The notes: generated by a model from the letters alone, not told the origin. DNA of 64,000 bases from an uncultured Alphaproteobacteria bacterium (GCA_944392815.1 CALXXY010000001.1:64001-128000); one strand, 5' to 3'. Shown: positions 1 to 10,686, counted from the first letter of the stretch. Translations and numbers: made by a program.

Positions 1-580
1 GCGTTATCATGCTTTTTATATATTTCGCACCAACGTGGCGATTGCGACGAAAATTGTGTTCGTTTATTAATTGGGATATTTCGCGCATTAAAATGGACAG
101 CGTTTGCACCTGGTCTGCGGACAACACGTTTGAATTGGCGTTGTGGTATATTAAATTATCCAATTCGTCCCTGCATTCACGCAAAGATTTCATTGCTGCG
201 GCGGATATTTTTAATCGCGACGCCATGCGTGATATGCTGATGTCGCCCATGTTATTCAGTGTGGCAAATGTTAATTTGCCACGCAGGCCGATAATCTGGC
301 GAATAACCATGATTAATTTCAACAACAGCACATTGATTTTATCGCCCATATTGTTGGCCAGGGTCTTTTTTAACTGTTTGGATACGCGATAATTTGAATA
401 ATCATACAGCAAAAACACCAGCGGTATCGACAACAGTGACGCTGCGATGTTGTTTATCAAATCGGCGACACTGGGGTCATGAATGTCGTCTTTGGTGACT
501 ATGAATAAAACCCAACCGCCCGCGATTGACAACACGTACGGAATCATTTTCAGCAAAAAATCACGCAGATTAAATTTCAT
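1..580 (-). CDS. Hypothetical membrane protein (runs off window edge)
   Basis: Own translation from ATG at 580: MKFNLRDFLLKMIPYVLSIAGGWVLFIV..., two hydrophobic segments, open to position 1; absent from ORF track because it has no stop in the window. Confidence 0.7.
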   Translation of the reverse strand, partial: MKFNLRDFLLKMIPYVLSIAGGWVLFIVTKDDIHDPSVADLINNIAASLLSIPLVFLLYDYSNYRVSKQLKKTLANNMGDKINVLLLKLIMVIRQIIGLRGKLTFATLNNMGDISISRMASRLKISAAAMKSLRECRDELDNLIYHNANSNVLSADQVQTLSILMREISQLINEHNFRRNRHVGAKYIKSMIT

Positions 581-709
581 ACACATATTGTGCATTATCC
601 CGCGCGGGAAATATACAGGAACCTATGCCTGGCGATAGTGCTGGCAATGCTTGAAATTTTGCCCAAAATACACTATAATAGTGTGATGTGAAACAAGGGG
701 CGTTGTGTT

Positions 710-2959
710 ATGGCTGTAAAAATGAACGATTTTTTATTGGAATATTTCAAGCGAATGATTTTTCGCAGCATGTCAATTGAACAATTCGTTCATTATTGCG
801 ATTTCGTCAAGGCCGACGATATGGCCGGAAATATGAAGGAATGGCGCGATACCCTGTTGGAAAAAAACGCGGCCGGCGAATTGGTCACTGACGCGGCCGG
901 GCTGTACGTACGCAAAGATTATCCGGACCCGTTTGCCGGCGATTTTGAATTGGAACCCGCCGAGTGGGAAAAAATGTTTCGCGCGTTCAACAATGCTTTC
1001 CAGGAAATGGACGCGTATAAAAACAGTTTTAAATATGAAAAAAAGCCAACCGATTTCCTGAACAAATATTTTGGCAGCACTGGGCAATTGTTTTCGTATA
1101 CCACTGCAAGCATAGCGGCCGAAACAAAAATTGCGGAATTAAAAAACATATTGGAAACGCATGCGTCGCAATTAAGACCCAAATTAACTGGATTTTTTAA
1201 CGATGATTTTACATGGGACGATTTAATAACTGGGATTGCCGATAAAAAATACAATAAAAATCCATCGTTCCGTGAAAAAATGACCTCTATTGCAGAAGCG
1301 TTGGCCGCCGATACCCAGGTGACGGCAACGTCTGCGGTCTATTCTGTGGTTGGCAGAAAACTGGATTTTTCTGCTATTCGCGATGGATTTGATGGTGGGC
1401 CAATTAACCCCGCCAAAATGACGCAATTTCAATTATCGTATCGTGATTTATTGCGCGAATTGTACACCAATACCAAGGCATTCGAGTATTTTTCTGCACA
1501 CGACCCAACCAAAATTTCCAAATTATTGAACGAGGCCAAAGGCCGCCTGGATTATAATGACACGAACAGCAAGGGATATATTTCCCCAAAACGGCCGGAT
1601 ACGTTAACCCTGCCCCAGCGTATATCTGAATGGTGGGACAAAACGTATTCCAATTATCTGGAAAAATATGTCAAATTGACGCCGGATCGTATGTTCATTT
1701 CGCTGCAGGCCAAGGCGATTTTCCAGGAAATTGACAAACTGCATTTAAATCCGGCCGATGGACTGGATAAAGTGTTGGAAAATACCGATAAAATTTCCGG
1801 CAAGTTAAAGGCAAAATATAAAAAGGCCGCGGATCATTTTGAATGGTTTACCAAAACTTTGACCGAATTAAAAAATACTATGGGCAAAGGCAAAGCGTTT
1901 GAAAAGGCCCTGTCGAACGGTCATTCTATGAACATGTTGGTTCAGCAAATTATTATCAAGGCCGTCAACGAAAACAAAATTGACGAGGCCAAAACCACCC
2001 TGGAAATATTGCCTGTGTTGCGGTATGCGTACACGACCAGTCGCATAATGGACGTATTTAATAAATCTGATTTGACGATTTTTTCAGACAAAAGTTATTC
2101 ATGGAACACAAAAAATCCCGCCATGCAATTTATTACAAACGCCATGGATTTGGGAATTAAAAAGGCATTCCAACTGGCTGGGTACGGCATTACCATGGCA
2201 GGGAACGCAATCAATCGCATCGGTACGAAATTCAACGGCAAAATGGGCAAAGATTTACGCGACGCCCGCAATGCCAAGATGGACGAATGGTCCCAACAGC
2301 GCAGCGATTTAGAATCCAACGTATCACGATACGAAACAGAACGCAGTACAAAAAGTGCTGAATTACGCAGTTTGATTCGTGCTGGTAATTCGCCAATTCA
2401 ACTGAAACGCGACATCAGCGGATACGAACGCAGACGCGATTTGGCTTTGCAAAGTTTCAATCAAAGATTGGAAAAATTGACACAAATATGGGGAGTCATG
2501 ACGTATACCCCCGGCGTCAACAGGGCGGACATAGATATCCTGGGGGATATTATTTCCAGATTGCGCGATGATGTTAATGCTGATATCGATCCCGCCCAGA
2601 TTAGTGCCATTACCGATGTAAATATCCAGCGCGAAATAAACCGCATGTTGGCACGTCGAAACAATTTCATACAAAATGCCGATGATTTGCGGGATTCCCA
2701 AACAAAGTACCAGGAATTGGTTAATGCCAAAAATGCAGTCAAGGCATATGATGAATTAATTGACAAGGCCAACGAAGATTTGGCCAACTGGGACAGTAAT
2801 CACAAGGATAAATATGCTGAATTAATGGCGTATTGGGATTTGTGCAATTCTGGGTTTAATAAATCATGGTTTGGCAATCGCGACGCCCAACAGAAAAAAT
2901 TCACGAAAAACATGGTGCCGTTGGTCCAGGCACGTTTGGACGCATATCGCGTGGCCTGA
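710..2959 (+). CDS. Large hypothetical protein with coiled-coil C-terminal part (749 aa)
   Basis: Long ORF, upstream promoter-like TTGAAA..TACTAT/TATAAT; no recognisable catalytic motif. Confidence 0.75.
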   Translation: MAVKMNDFLLEYFKRMIFRSMSIEQFVHYCDFVKADDMAGNMKEWRDTLLEKNAAGELVTDAAGLYVRKDYPDPFAGDFELEPAEWEKMFRAFNNAFQEMDAYKNSFKYEKKPTDFLNKYFGSTGQLFSYTTASIAAETKIAELKNILETHASQLRPKLTGFFNDDFTWDDLITGIADKKYNKNPSFREKMTSIAEALAADTQVTATSAVYSVVGRKLDFSAIRDGFDGGPINPAKMTQFQLSYRDLLRELYTNTKAFEYFSAHDPTKISKLLNEAKGRLDYNDTNSKGYISPKRPDTLTLPQRISEWWDKTYSNYLEKYVKLTPDRMFISLQAKAIFQEIDKLHLNPADGLDKVLENTDKISGKLKAKYKKAADHFEWFTKTLTELKNTMGKGKAFEKALSNGHSMNMLVQQIIIKAVNENKIDEAKTTLEILPVLRYAYTTSRIMDVFNKSDLTIFSDKSYSWNTKNPAMQFITNAMDLGIKKAFQLAGYGITMAGNAINRIGTKFNGKMGKDLRDARNAKMDEWSQQRSDLESNVSRYETERSTKSAELRSLIRAGNSPIQLKRDISGYERRRDLALQSFNQRLEKLTQIWGVMTYTPGVNRADIDILGDIISRLRDDVNADIDPAQISAITDVNIQREINRMLARRNNFIQNADDLRDSQTKYQELVNAKNAVKAYDELIDKANEDLANWDSNHKDKYAELMAYWDLCNSGFNKSWFGNRDAQQKKFTKNMVPLVQARLDAYRVA

Positions 2960-3031
2960 TAAATTCCCCATTTTGCTGTTGAAACGTGACGCGGCCTGTG
3001 TTATGCTGGACGCCGTAACAAAGGGGATTTT

Positions 3032-4273
3032 ATGTACATACTTGCATTGAACTGTGGTTCTTCGTCACTGAAATATCAGGTTTTTGATGCTGATACTAAA
3101 CGCGCCGTTGTGGGCGGGAATGTGGAAAAAATCGGATTGCCGGATTCTTTTATCACACAAAAATACCCGGACGGCACCAAACAGCGCAAAGATACCGAAA
3201 TGAAAAATCATGACGAGGCATTAAATGTCGTTCTGTTTATGCTGCGCGACGCGTCCATCGACATGAATGAAATCGGCGGTGTTGGGCACCGCGTGGTTAT
3301 GGGGGGCGATAAATTTGCGTCGTCTGTGGAAATTACTGATGACGTGATTAAAACTATTGATGAATTGTCGCCGTTGGCGCCATTGCACAACCCGTCGGCA
3401 CTGATGGGAATTGTGACAGCAAAACAGTTGTTGCCCAACGCAAAACAGGTTGCTGTGTTTGATACCGCGTTTCACCAGACAATGCCTGATTATGCGTATC
3501 GCTATGCCGTGCCACACGCGTGGTACACTGAATTGGGCGTGCGCAGATACGGGTTCCACGGAACATCGCACCTGTACGTATCCAAACGCGCGGCCAAACT
3601 GTTGGGACGGCCGGCGTCTGAGTGTAATTTGGTGACGCTGCACATCGGTTCGGGCGCGTCGGCCACAGCAATTAAAAACGGTATTTCGGTTGATACTTCG
3701 CTGGGCATGACACCGTTGTCGGGGCTGACCATGGGAACGCGGCCGGGCGATGTTGATCCAGGTGTGATTTTGTACGTGATGGAACGGTTGCACCTGACGC
3801 CGGAACAAATGCAAAAACATTTGAACAAAGATTCTGGATTAATGGGACTGACGGAATGTTTCGTTGATCGCCGTGATGTGGAATCCAACCGCGACACTAA
3901 TGACAAATGCCGTTTGGCGATTGATATGGAATCGCACAACGTGAAAAAATACATTGGTGCATATATGGCCGAGTTGGGTCACACAGACGCGTTGGTGTTT
4001 ACCGCCGGCGTGGGCGAAAACGATGATTACCTGCGTGAAAAATTCTGTACAGGATTGGAAGAATTGGGAATCAAACTGGACCGCGAAAAAAATGCCGCCG
4101 CGTTGGCGCGCAAGGGTATTTCTGAAATGGAAATTTCCACCCCAGACAGCCCGGTAAAGGTATTCATGATTGCCACCAACGAAGAGTTGGTTATCGTCGA
4201 AGATACATTGGCCATCATGAACGGCACATATAATCCAAACCATTTGGAAATGGATTATTCATTCGCGAAATAA
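3032..4273 (+). CDS. ackA: Acetate kinase
   Basis: LNCGSSSLKY, GHRVV, APLHNP, VFDTAFHQT, RRYGFHGTSH, FTAGVGEN, TNEE motifs. Confidence 0.97.
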   Translation: MYILALNCGSSSLKYQVFDADTKRAVVGGNVEKIGLPDSFITQKYPDGTKQRKDTEMKNHDEALNVVLFMLRDASIDMNEIGGVGHRVVMGGDKFASSVEITDDVIKTIDELSPLAPLHNPSALMGIVTAKQLLPNAKQVAVFDTAFHQTMPDYAYRYAVPHAWYTELGVRRYGFHGTSHLYVSKRAAKLLGRPASECNLVTLHIGSGASATAIKNGISVDTSLGMTPLSGLTMGTRPGDVDPGVILYVMERLHLTPEQMQKHLNKDSGLMGLTECFVDRRDVESNRDTNDKCRLAIDMESHNVKKYIGAYMAELGHTDALVFTAGVGENDDYLREKFCTGLEELGIKLDREKNAAALARKGISEMEISTPDSPVKVFMIATNEELVIVEDTLAIMNGTYNPNHLEMDYSFAK

Positions 4274-4276
4274 CAA

Positions 4277-4334
4277 ACGGGGCATTCGCCCCGTTTGTTA
4301 TTAGAGTGAAGAGTGTAGAGTTTAGAGTGTAGAT
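4277..4334 (+). terminator. Intrinsic terminator followed by 7-nt periodic (t/a)agagtg repeats
   Basis: aaacggggc-attc-gccccgttt hairpin then tagagtg aagagtg tagagtt tagagtg; related copies at ~27545-27605 (+) and ~7490-7530 (-). Confidence 0.7.
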
Positions 4335-4338
4335 AATG

Positions 4339-4420
4339 TCCGCGCATATGCGCGGGATTTTATTACCGTTGCGGAATAAAGTTCCCCTCTGCGGAGGGGT
4401 GGGCAAAGCCCGGGGTGGTT
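4339..4420 (+). repeat. 82-bp REP-like direct repeat, copy 1 (cccctctgcggagggg palindrome)
   Basis: Near-identical to 5391-5472. Confidence 0.85.
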
Positions 4421-4746
4421 TATTCCATTGCACACGCCTGTTCGAATTCATATATGCCGGTGGTGTCTGTATACGATACACCCGCTGGGGCGTACATTAT
4501 GCACGACCCGCCGGGGTTGGATGCGATACAACTGGTTGCTGTGCCGGCGGACGTATAGCCCGTTGGGCATGAAGTGTTCGCGATGTCCATGTGTTCCTCG
4601 ACCACCGCGATATAACCCGACGGGCATGAAGTTGACGGCGCGCTTATTGCCTGCGCTGGCGGACCAACGACTACTCCACCTCCTACATCCAGGGCCATTG
4701 CAGATACCGGACAACATAATGCACATAAAATCAGTATTCTTTTCAT
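4420..4746 (-). CDS. Secreted Cys-rich small protein (cassette 1, gene B)
   Basis: Signal peptide, SCPSGY/SCPTGY repeats, ends ACAME; paralog of 12146-12424. Confidence 0.8.
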   Translation of the reverse strand: MKRILILCALCCPVSAMALDVGGGVVVGPPAQAISAPSTSCPSGYIAVVEEHMDIANTSCPTGYTSAGTATSCIASNPGGSCIMYAPAGVSYTDTTGIYEFEQACAME

Positions 4747-4757
4747 CGTCGCCCCCG

Positions 4758-5195
4758 TTAGTCAGACAAAGAACCAAACAACCTAGACCGAAAGGCCGGA
4801 TAGAAGTAGAGGTTGGTCGCACAGTTGTCCGCGCAATGCCGCTGGCAATAAATGGTCGCCGGGGCCGCGGAGTACACCCAGCGCGACACGGCGGGACTTA
4901 TCATACGACACCAGCAATATTTATTATCGTCAGGTGTGTTTGATGTATCCAGTTCTGTCGCCGTTTGATATCCTGACCCACCATCTGTACTGCTGCATAT
5001 TCCTATACCGCTTACCGGTGTGCTTACCCCGTATGTTGTACACGTAGATGCCCAATCGGTATGACGTTCGTAATCATCTATCGTACACGTCGTGCTGCTG
5101 TTCAAGGCCACGCACTTCGTCACGGCGTGGGCGCCGGTGGTGGTTATGGCGCAGAGCATTGCTCCGGCGATTAAAAACAGTTTCGAAATTTTCAT
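4758..5195 (-). CDS. Secreted Cys-rich protein (cassette 1, gene A)
   Basis: Start MKISKLFLIAG with GGGAG RBS; AVTKCVA...CWCRMISPAVSRWV...GSLSD; paralog of 11691-12134. Confidence 0.8.
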   Translation of the reverse strand: MKISKLFLIAGAMLCAITTTGAHAVTKCVALNSSTTCTIDDYERHTDWASTCTTYGVSTPVSGIGICSSTDGGSGYQTATELDTSNTPDDNKYCWCRMISPAVSRWVYSAAPATIYCQRHCADNCATNLYFYPAFRSRLFGSLSD

Positions 5196-5390
5196 TACTC
5201 TGACTCCCCTGTATGTCCCCATCGATTCGTGTTTGGGGGCCAATCCCCGCAGAATCCAAAGGGTGGTTTAGATCTGGCATTTGTTTAGTTGACGCAAGCC
5301 CAGAAATTCCACTATAATGTCCACATAGAAATGCCGAATCTAAACGACCGTTTATTTTCGGCATCTTTTTTTTGCATTTTTCGGCAGATT

Positions 5391-5472
5391 TCCGCGCATA
5401 CGCGCGGGATTTTATTACCGTTGCGGGGCAAAGTTCCCCTCTGCGGAGGGGTGGGCGAAGCTCGGGGTGGTT
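5391..5472 (+). repeat. 82-bp REP-like direct repeat, copy 2
   Basis: Near-identical to 4339-4420. Confidence 0.85.
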
Positions 5473-5571
5473 ATTATACCCCACCCCCCGACGGTCTGGC
5501 GACCGCCACCCCCCGCCCCAAAAATGGTGCGGTGGGCATTCTGCTTGGTTATTGTTCGGACATGCTCTCCC

Positions 5572-6030
5572 CTGTCATTCCCGCGCAGGCGGGAATAGGG
5601 TCTATTAAATTCATATCGCAGATTTCGTAATAATAAAAACACAACACAGAATTATCGCCCCAATTAAATAACTAATAACACACCAAGCCCTATTCCCGCC
5701 TGCGCGGGAATGACAGAATGTTTGTTGTGCGGGGCCCCGGGCGCGGGAATGACAAGAATTATTGTTTAAGGGATATTAAATTCCCGCCTTGTCCACCCCA
5801 CAAACACATTCGTGTTTGCGGGGGCCCCGGGCGCGGGAATGACAGGTTATGGGGAGTAAGTGCGCGTTCTTGAAATCTCTAACCACCCCGCCCGAACCAC
5901 CCACGCGACACGTCGCGCGGGGCCCGGTGTTGGGGCACCCCTCCAATGGAGGGGAACTTATTCCGCAACGAGACGAAGGCCAAGTTCCCCTCTGTGGAGG
6001 GGTGGCGCGCTTTGCGCGACGGGGTGGTCA
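5572..6030. repeat. Mosaic of palindromic repeats (dRS3-like ATTCCC-N8-GGGAAT and CCCCTC..GAGGGG REP-like units)
   Basis: Perfect 29-bp inverted repeat 5572-5600/5688-5716; further gcgcgggaatgaca units near 5740-5755 and 5830-5845; ccctccaatggaggg and cccctctgtggagggg palindromes. Confidence 0.8.
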
Positions 6031-6186
6031 TTGTGTCCCAGGGGTGGGGATTAATTTGCGGGGGTGACGATTGTACCGCCACCGGGCAGAACTGGTGTGA
6101 TTTCGCCCGCCGGCAGTTCAAGCCGCGACAACACGGGCTATTTCAGTTATGAACAAAATTGTCCCTATTCCAAGGGTTTTGGTCAA

Positions 6187-6510
6187 CTATAAAACGCGGG
6201 GAACGTTCATCTTGTGCTGCACAACATCGCGCGTCAGACGCCATTTCAGCGCACCGCGAACCAGTGCCATTTCGTCCGGGGTTAATTTGAAAATCGTGGC
6301 GCACGGCGTAATCGTTTGAAAAACTTCGCCATCGGAATACAGGCGCAACCCGCCGACATCGACCGCGTGCGATTCCGGCCGATCCATCACGAACGTTTGT
6401 GGCGTGTTAATCGCCGATATCAAATCAGACAACATTATCGTCCTGGTGGCGTATGGTTGGTGCGTGGCCAAAATTCTGTGCGCAGATATTAAAATATTTT
6501 CACGTTTCAT
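6187..6510 (-). CDS. Hypothetical protein
   Basis: ORF 6187-6555, likely start MKRENIL with AGGA upstream. Confidence 0.5.
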   Translation of the reverse strand: MKRENILISAHRILATHQPYATRTIMLSDLISAINTPQTFVMDRPESHAVDVGGLRLYSDGEVFQTITPCATIFKLTPDEMALVRGALKWRLTRDVVQHKMNVPRVL

Positions 6511-6725
6511 AATTTCAAATCCTGTCGTTGGTTGCGGGTCAGTATACCACCGCAATCATATTTGTCAACCGGTGCAGCGGAACGCTATACGGCACGATTT
6601 CATGTGGCGGATAAAAAAATTCATGCCGCGCGGTATTTTTTCTTGATTTTTTATTTTTTATATGTCAAAATAACCGCCGGACTTTGGAAATGGTGACGCT
6701 TGCGTCCCTTTTCCAGTTCAGTTTT

Positions 6726-6801
6726 GGGAACATAGCTCAGTTGGTAGAGCAAATGACTTTTAATCATTGGGTCCAGGGTTCGAGTCCCTGTGTTCCCACC
6801 A
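6726..6801 (+). tRNA. tRNA-Lys(UUU)
   Basis: GGGAACA acceptor stem, anticodon loop CT TTT AA, GGTTCGAGTCC T-arm, CCA end. Confidence 0.97.
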
Positions 6802-7035
6802 CGATAACCCGCGGTCCCCGCGGGATTTTTGTTTTTGGTGCATTTTGAAAATATAAGCACATATGAATTATTACCAATTGCAGTGCGGGATTAAATGGTG
6901 GTACAATGTATCCGTGCATTTCGCACAGGAGAGAGAAGCCCGCCCCGCCCGTTCGTGATTATTTGACCCAATCCCCGGGACGCCCAACAGGCGCACTGCG
7001 GCGGCAAATATTTGACGGACGGGGCGCGAATGTTG

Positions 7036-7386
7036 TTATTCTTTGATATAGCAATCACGCACGATTTCGTCATAATTTGCGGACGCGCGACGCGCAGTTT
7101 CAGATTTTGTGAATAATATCGCGCATTCTTTGAACGTTTCATTATTTGGGCAACCATAGCATGCCTTCATGGCGGTGGCGTCCAGCCGATTTAACGATGT
7201 TTTCGATATACATTTTTTCGTGATTTTGTCGAAAAACTGGGTGGCCTCGTCACAGCGAACGCATTCGTTTGCGGTGTGGTCTATGCCCTGATATGCGGTT
7301 GTTTCGCATTCGATACATTCGTTGGACGTTTTGCTGGCGCAATGGTGCGTGCCACAGGTACCTATTCCGACGCTTGTGCAGGGTTC
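7036..7386 (-). pseudogene. 5'-truncated fragment of a Cys-rich protein gene
   Basis: Own translation: open frame without a 5' start, ...CASKTSNECIECETTAYQGIDHTANECVRCDEATQFFD...KACYGCPNNETFKECA...DCYIKE*. Confidence 0.6.
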
Positions 7387-7422
7387 TCACACCCCATCGA
7401 TTGAACACCCATCGACATTTTT
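7346..7422 (-). repeat. 77-bp leader-like structured repeat, copy 1
   Basis: One mismatch vs 27651-27727; homologous to 11457-11531. Confidence 0.85.
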
Positions 7423-7529
7423 GGGTTATCGTGTTGCGCATTTTAATGCAAGGGGATTTTATGAACGGCGTGCGTATAGAACTGTGCTCTCTGCACTCTA
7501 ATAAAAAACGGGGGCGGGCCCCGTTTTTT

Positions 7530-9329
7530 TTATCCAACCAATTTTTGCCAAATTGTTTTGTGTTTGGCGGCTGGTTGTTTTTTGCGCCGACGACGTGGCG
7601 CGTTCATAGTTGTTTTTTTCGCGTCGATGTGTTGCGCGTTTTTCTTTTTCGCGTCAGTTGATGGCGCGTATGCGTTCAACAATTCTTCGGTTTTGTTTTG
7701 TTCGGGCGCGACGCGTTGGATTGAATATTGGTCTATATTCATCAAACTGTCATCGCCAACAATTACAATTTCCGTTTCGAATTCAGATTCCATCGCCGCC
7801 AATTCCGCGCGTTTATTATTCAACAAATAAATTGCCACATCGGTCGGAACTGTCATGATAATTTTCTGGGCACTTTTGGCCAGCAATTTTTCCTGCAGAT
7901 GACGGAACAGAATTATCGACGCGGTTTGAATCGACGGAACCACGCCCGCGCCCATACAGTGTGGACACTGGACATATGACGATTCCATAAAACTGCTGCG
8001 CAGACGTTGACGCGACAACATCAACACGCCGAAATTATTGATTTTAGCAACCTGGGTACGGGCACGATCGCGTTTCATAACCTCGCGCATTTTGGATTCC
8101 AGTTTGCGGTTGTTTTTTTCTTCTTCCATATCAATAAAATCGATTGCGACAATGCCCGCCAAATCACGCAGGCGCAATTGCAGGGCGATTTCTTCGGCGG
8201 CCTCGAGATTGGTATTCAGGGCCGTTTGTTCGATATCTTTTTCCTTTATCGCGCGCGATGAATTGACGTCGATTGTCACCATGGCTTCGGTCTGATTGAT
8301 AACCAGCGAACCACCAGACGGCAATTGCACGTATGGGCCGTGCATACCCTCGAGCTGTTTTTCAACGCCGGCTTTGACCATTAATGGAACAGCAGGGTCG
8401 CGATACTGCACCAATTGTTTGCGTGGCACACGGCCGTACATTTGCTGGAAATACTGTTTGGCGGCGTCATATGCCTCGTCCCCTTGGATAATCAAGACGT
8501 CTTCTTTGTCCGACAGGAAATCGCGCACAACGCGGCGCAACAGTGAATCTTCGGTGTGAATGGTGACGGGTGCCACTGATTCCAGTGTTGTTTTGCGGAT
8601 TTCATTCCACAAATTCACCAGGTAATCGTAATCTTTGGCAATATCAACCGCGTTCGCACCGAATGCAGCGGTACGCAAAACAACCGTCATGCCACGTGGT
8701 ATTTTTAATTCATGCAGAATTTCACGCAAACGCGCACGTTCGGATTTGTCCGAAATTTTTTTCGAAATACCATAACTGTTGCGTTTACGGGAATTTGGCA
8801 TCAACACAGCAAAACGACCCGCCAACGACAAATACGTTGTCATGGACGCGCCCTTTTGTCCGCGTTCTTCTTTGACGCCCTGGACCAGTAATATTTGTTT
8901 TGGTTTTATAACGTCCTGGATTTTAAATTCATGGGAACGTTTAAGCAGTTCTTTGTTATCCTCGCCCGCGCTGTGATCGTCGTATTCGGCGACTTCGTCG
9001 GCCTCGTCATCAGGGTCATCGTCGTCATCAACGATGTTGGCATGCGCCAATTCCAATAACTTTTTTTTCTGTTCTGGGGTCACCTGGTAATAATCGGGGT
9101 GAATTTCAGAAAACGGCAAAAATCCGTTTTTACCCGAACCGTAATCAACAAATGCCGCCTGCAAGGAAGGTTCGACGCGAATAACCTTGGCCAGATAAAT
9201 GTTGCCCTTTATCTGGGGTTTTGTGGTTGTTTCGACGTCAAAATCAGAAACACGATTGGTTGTGGTATCCACAACGACTACACGCGTTTCCTCCGGGTGG
9301 ACTGCGTCCACATAGATCTTCTTTGACAT
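7530..9329 (-). CDS. rne: Ribonuclease E/G family endoribonuclease
   Basis: KGNIYLAKVIRVEPSLQAAFVDYG, IDVNS, RLRDLAGIVAIDFIDM, CPHC Zn-link. Confidence 0.95.
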   Translation of the reverse strand: MSKKIYVDAVHPEETRVVVVDTTTNRVSDFDVETTTKPQIKGNIYLAKVIRVEPSLQAAFVDYGSGKNGFLPFSEIHPDYYQVTPEQKKKLLELAHANIVDDDDDPDDEADEVAEYDDHSAGEDNKELLKRSHEFKIQDVIKPKQILLVQGVKEERGQKGASMTTYLSLAGRFAVLMPNSRKRNSYGISKKISDKSERARLREILHELKIPRGMTVVLRTAAFGANAVDIAKDYDYLVNLWNEIRKTTLESVAPVTIHTEDSLLRRVVRDFLSDKEDVLIIQGDEAYDAAKQYFQQMYGRVPRKQLVQYRDPAVPLMVKAGVEKQLEGMHGPYVQLPSGGSLVINQTEAMVTIDVNSSRAIKEKDIEQTALNTNLEAAEEIALQLRLRDLAGIVAIDFIDMEEEKNNRKLESKMREVMKRDRARTQVAKINNFGVLMLSRQRLRSSFMESSYVQCPHCMGAGVVPSIQTASIILFRHLQEKLLAKSAQKIIMTVPTDVAIYLLNNKRAELAAMESEFETEIVIVGDDSLMNIDQYSIQRVAPEQNKTEELLNAYAPSTDAKKKNAQHIDAKKTTMNAPRRRRKKQPAAKHKTIWQKLVG

Positions 9330-9534
9330 TCAATAATCCTTTTGTGTTGTGGGCGTATGCAATGGCAAAAATCCGTCCCCGTGGGGCGTCCATGCCCATG
9401 CCAAGGGAATGCGCAACGATGATATACAGCGCATAACGAATTAATGAAAGCAGTGACAATACAAACACTTATATCTATCCCATTTCATACGTCAACCCCC
9501 AGCATAACATGCCAGGGCCACGCACGCAAGGCAT

Positions 9535-10563
9535 TTATTTTTTCCTGGATTTAATATTTTTTATTTTGGCGGGAATTTGGGGAATTATTTCACGCGCGTC
9601 GTTCACCCAGCGTTTCATGCGAACGCGCAACCAATGTTCGTATATGAAAAACAGCCCCCCCACCCCAATTAACGGCAACAGATAGTATATGATTCTGTAT
9701 GCCAACAGGGCGCCGAATATGTCCGCTTTGTCCACTGCGTCGGGCAACGCCAATAAAAATATACTTTCGAATACGCCGATACCACCGGGAACCTGGCTGA
9801 AAATGCCGGTTGCCTGGGCGATAACAAACAGGCCGATATATGTTCCAAATGGAATGTGCACAAACGGCAACAGGCAACAATACAGCACCAACCCGGCCAA
9901 AACACTGTCCGTCGCGCCCAAAATTATTTGCAACAACGCTGTTTTAGTGGTCGGAACCTGGAATTTAATTTTGCCGATGTTAATGTGTTTTTTGCTGAAA
10001 AATAATGTCGCCGCCAAATACGCCAACACAGCCGCCGCGCAGATTATAAACAGGGTATTAATGCCAACACTGGCACCAACTGACCTGTCCAAAATTTCGG
10101 TTGGCACCAGAAAATACCCCGCAATAACGATGGCTGAACACCCCAGGAAAAACGTAAATCCCGAAAAAGTTATCATTTTCACAATGTCGCCGCCACTGAT
10201 ACGCCAACGGGTATACAGACGGTACCGAATGGCGCCGCCACTGACGACCGCGTTGCCGGCATTGTTGCTGATTGCGAACCCCAACATGCCCGCCAACATC
10301 CATTTCCACCATGAAACGCGCGACGCCGCCCCGATATAGCGCAACGCCAAAAAATCATACAGCGACAAACACAAATACCCCAACAGGCACGCCAAACATG
10401 CCCCCACCAGATTTGCAATCGGAATATTAATCAGTGCGTGCGCAATGTCCGACAAACTGTATTCATGCAGTTGCCACCACAGCATAACTGCGGCCAATAA
10501 AAAGAAAAAAATGCCTGAATAACTGACTACTTTTTTGAACAGGCGTTTTGCCTTGACTGACAT
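9535..10563 (-). CDS. Lysylphosphatidylglycerol synthase TM-region / flippase-like membrane protein
   Basis: SGGAIRYRLY, VPGGIGVFE, LLAYRIIYYLLPL motifs; multiple TM helices. Confidence 0.88.
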   Translation of the reverse strand: MSVKAKRLFKKVVSYSGIFFFLLAAVMLWWQLHEYSLSDIAHALINIPIANLVGACLACLLGYLCLSLYDFLALRYIGAASRVSWWKWMLAGMLGFAISNNAGNAVVSGGAIRYRLYTRWRISGGDIVKMITFSGFTFFLGCSAIVIAGYFLVPTEILDRSVGASVGINTLFIICAAAVLAYLAATLFFSKKHINIGKIKFQVPTTKTALLQIILGATDSVLAGLVLYCCLLPFVHIPFGTYIGLFVIAQATGIFSQVPGGIGVFESIFLLALPDAVDKADIFGALLAYRIIYYLLPLIGVGGLFFIYEHWLRVRMKRWVNDAREIIPQIPAKIKNIKSRKK

Positions 10564-10686
10564 AAAAATCCTTTTCCGATTGTCCAGGATACACATATAC
10601 GCGACAAAAATCAAATGTAAAAAGCGTTGCAATCCTGAACATCTGTTATATAGTAATGTGAAATTTAAACAAAGGATATTTGAATT

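Noticed and set aside
9-392. Plus-strand 127-aa ORF
   Set aside because: Shadow of the longer minus-strand membrane protein gene starting at 580.
4277-6030. Possible CRISPR array
   Set aside because: Repeats are palindromic, of mixed families and orientations, with no regular spacers and no cas genes.
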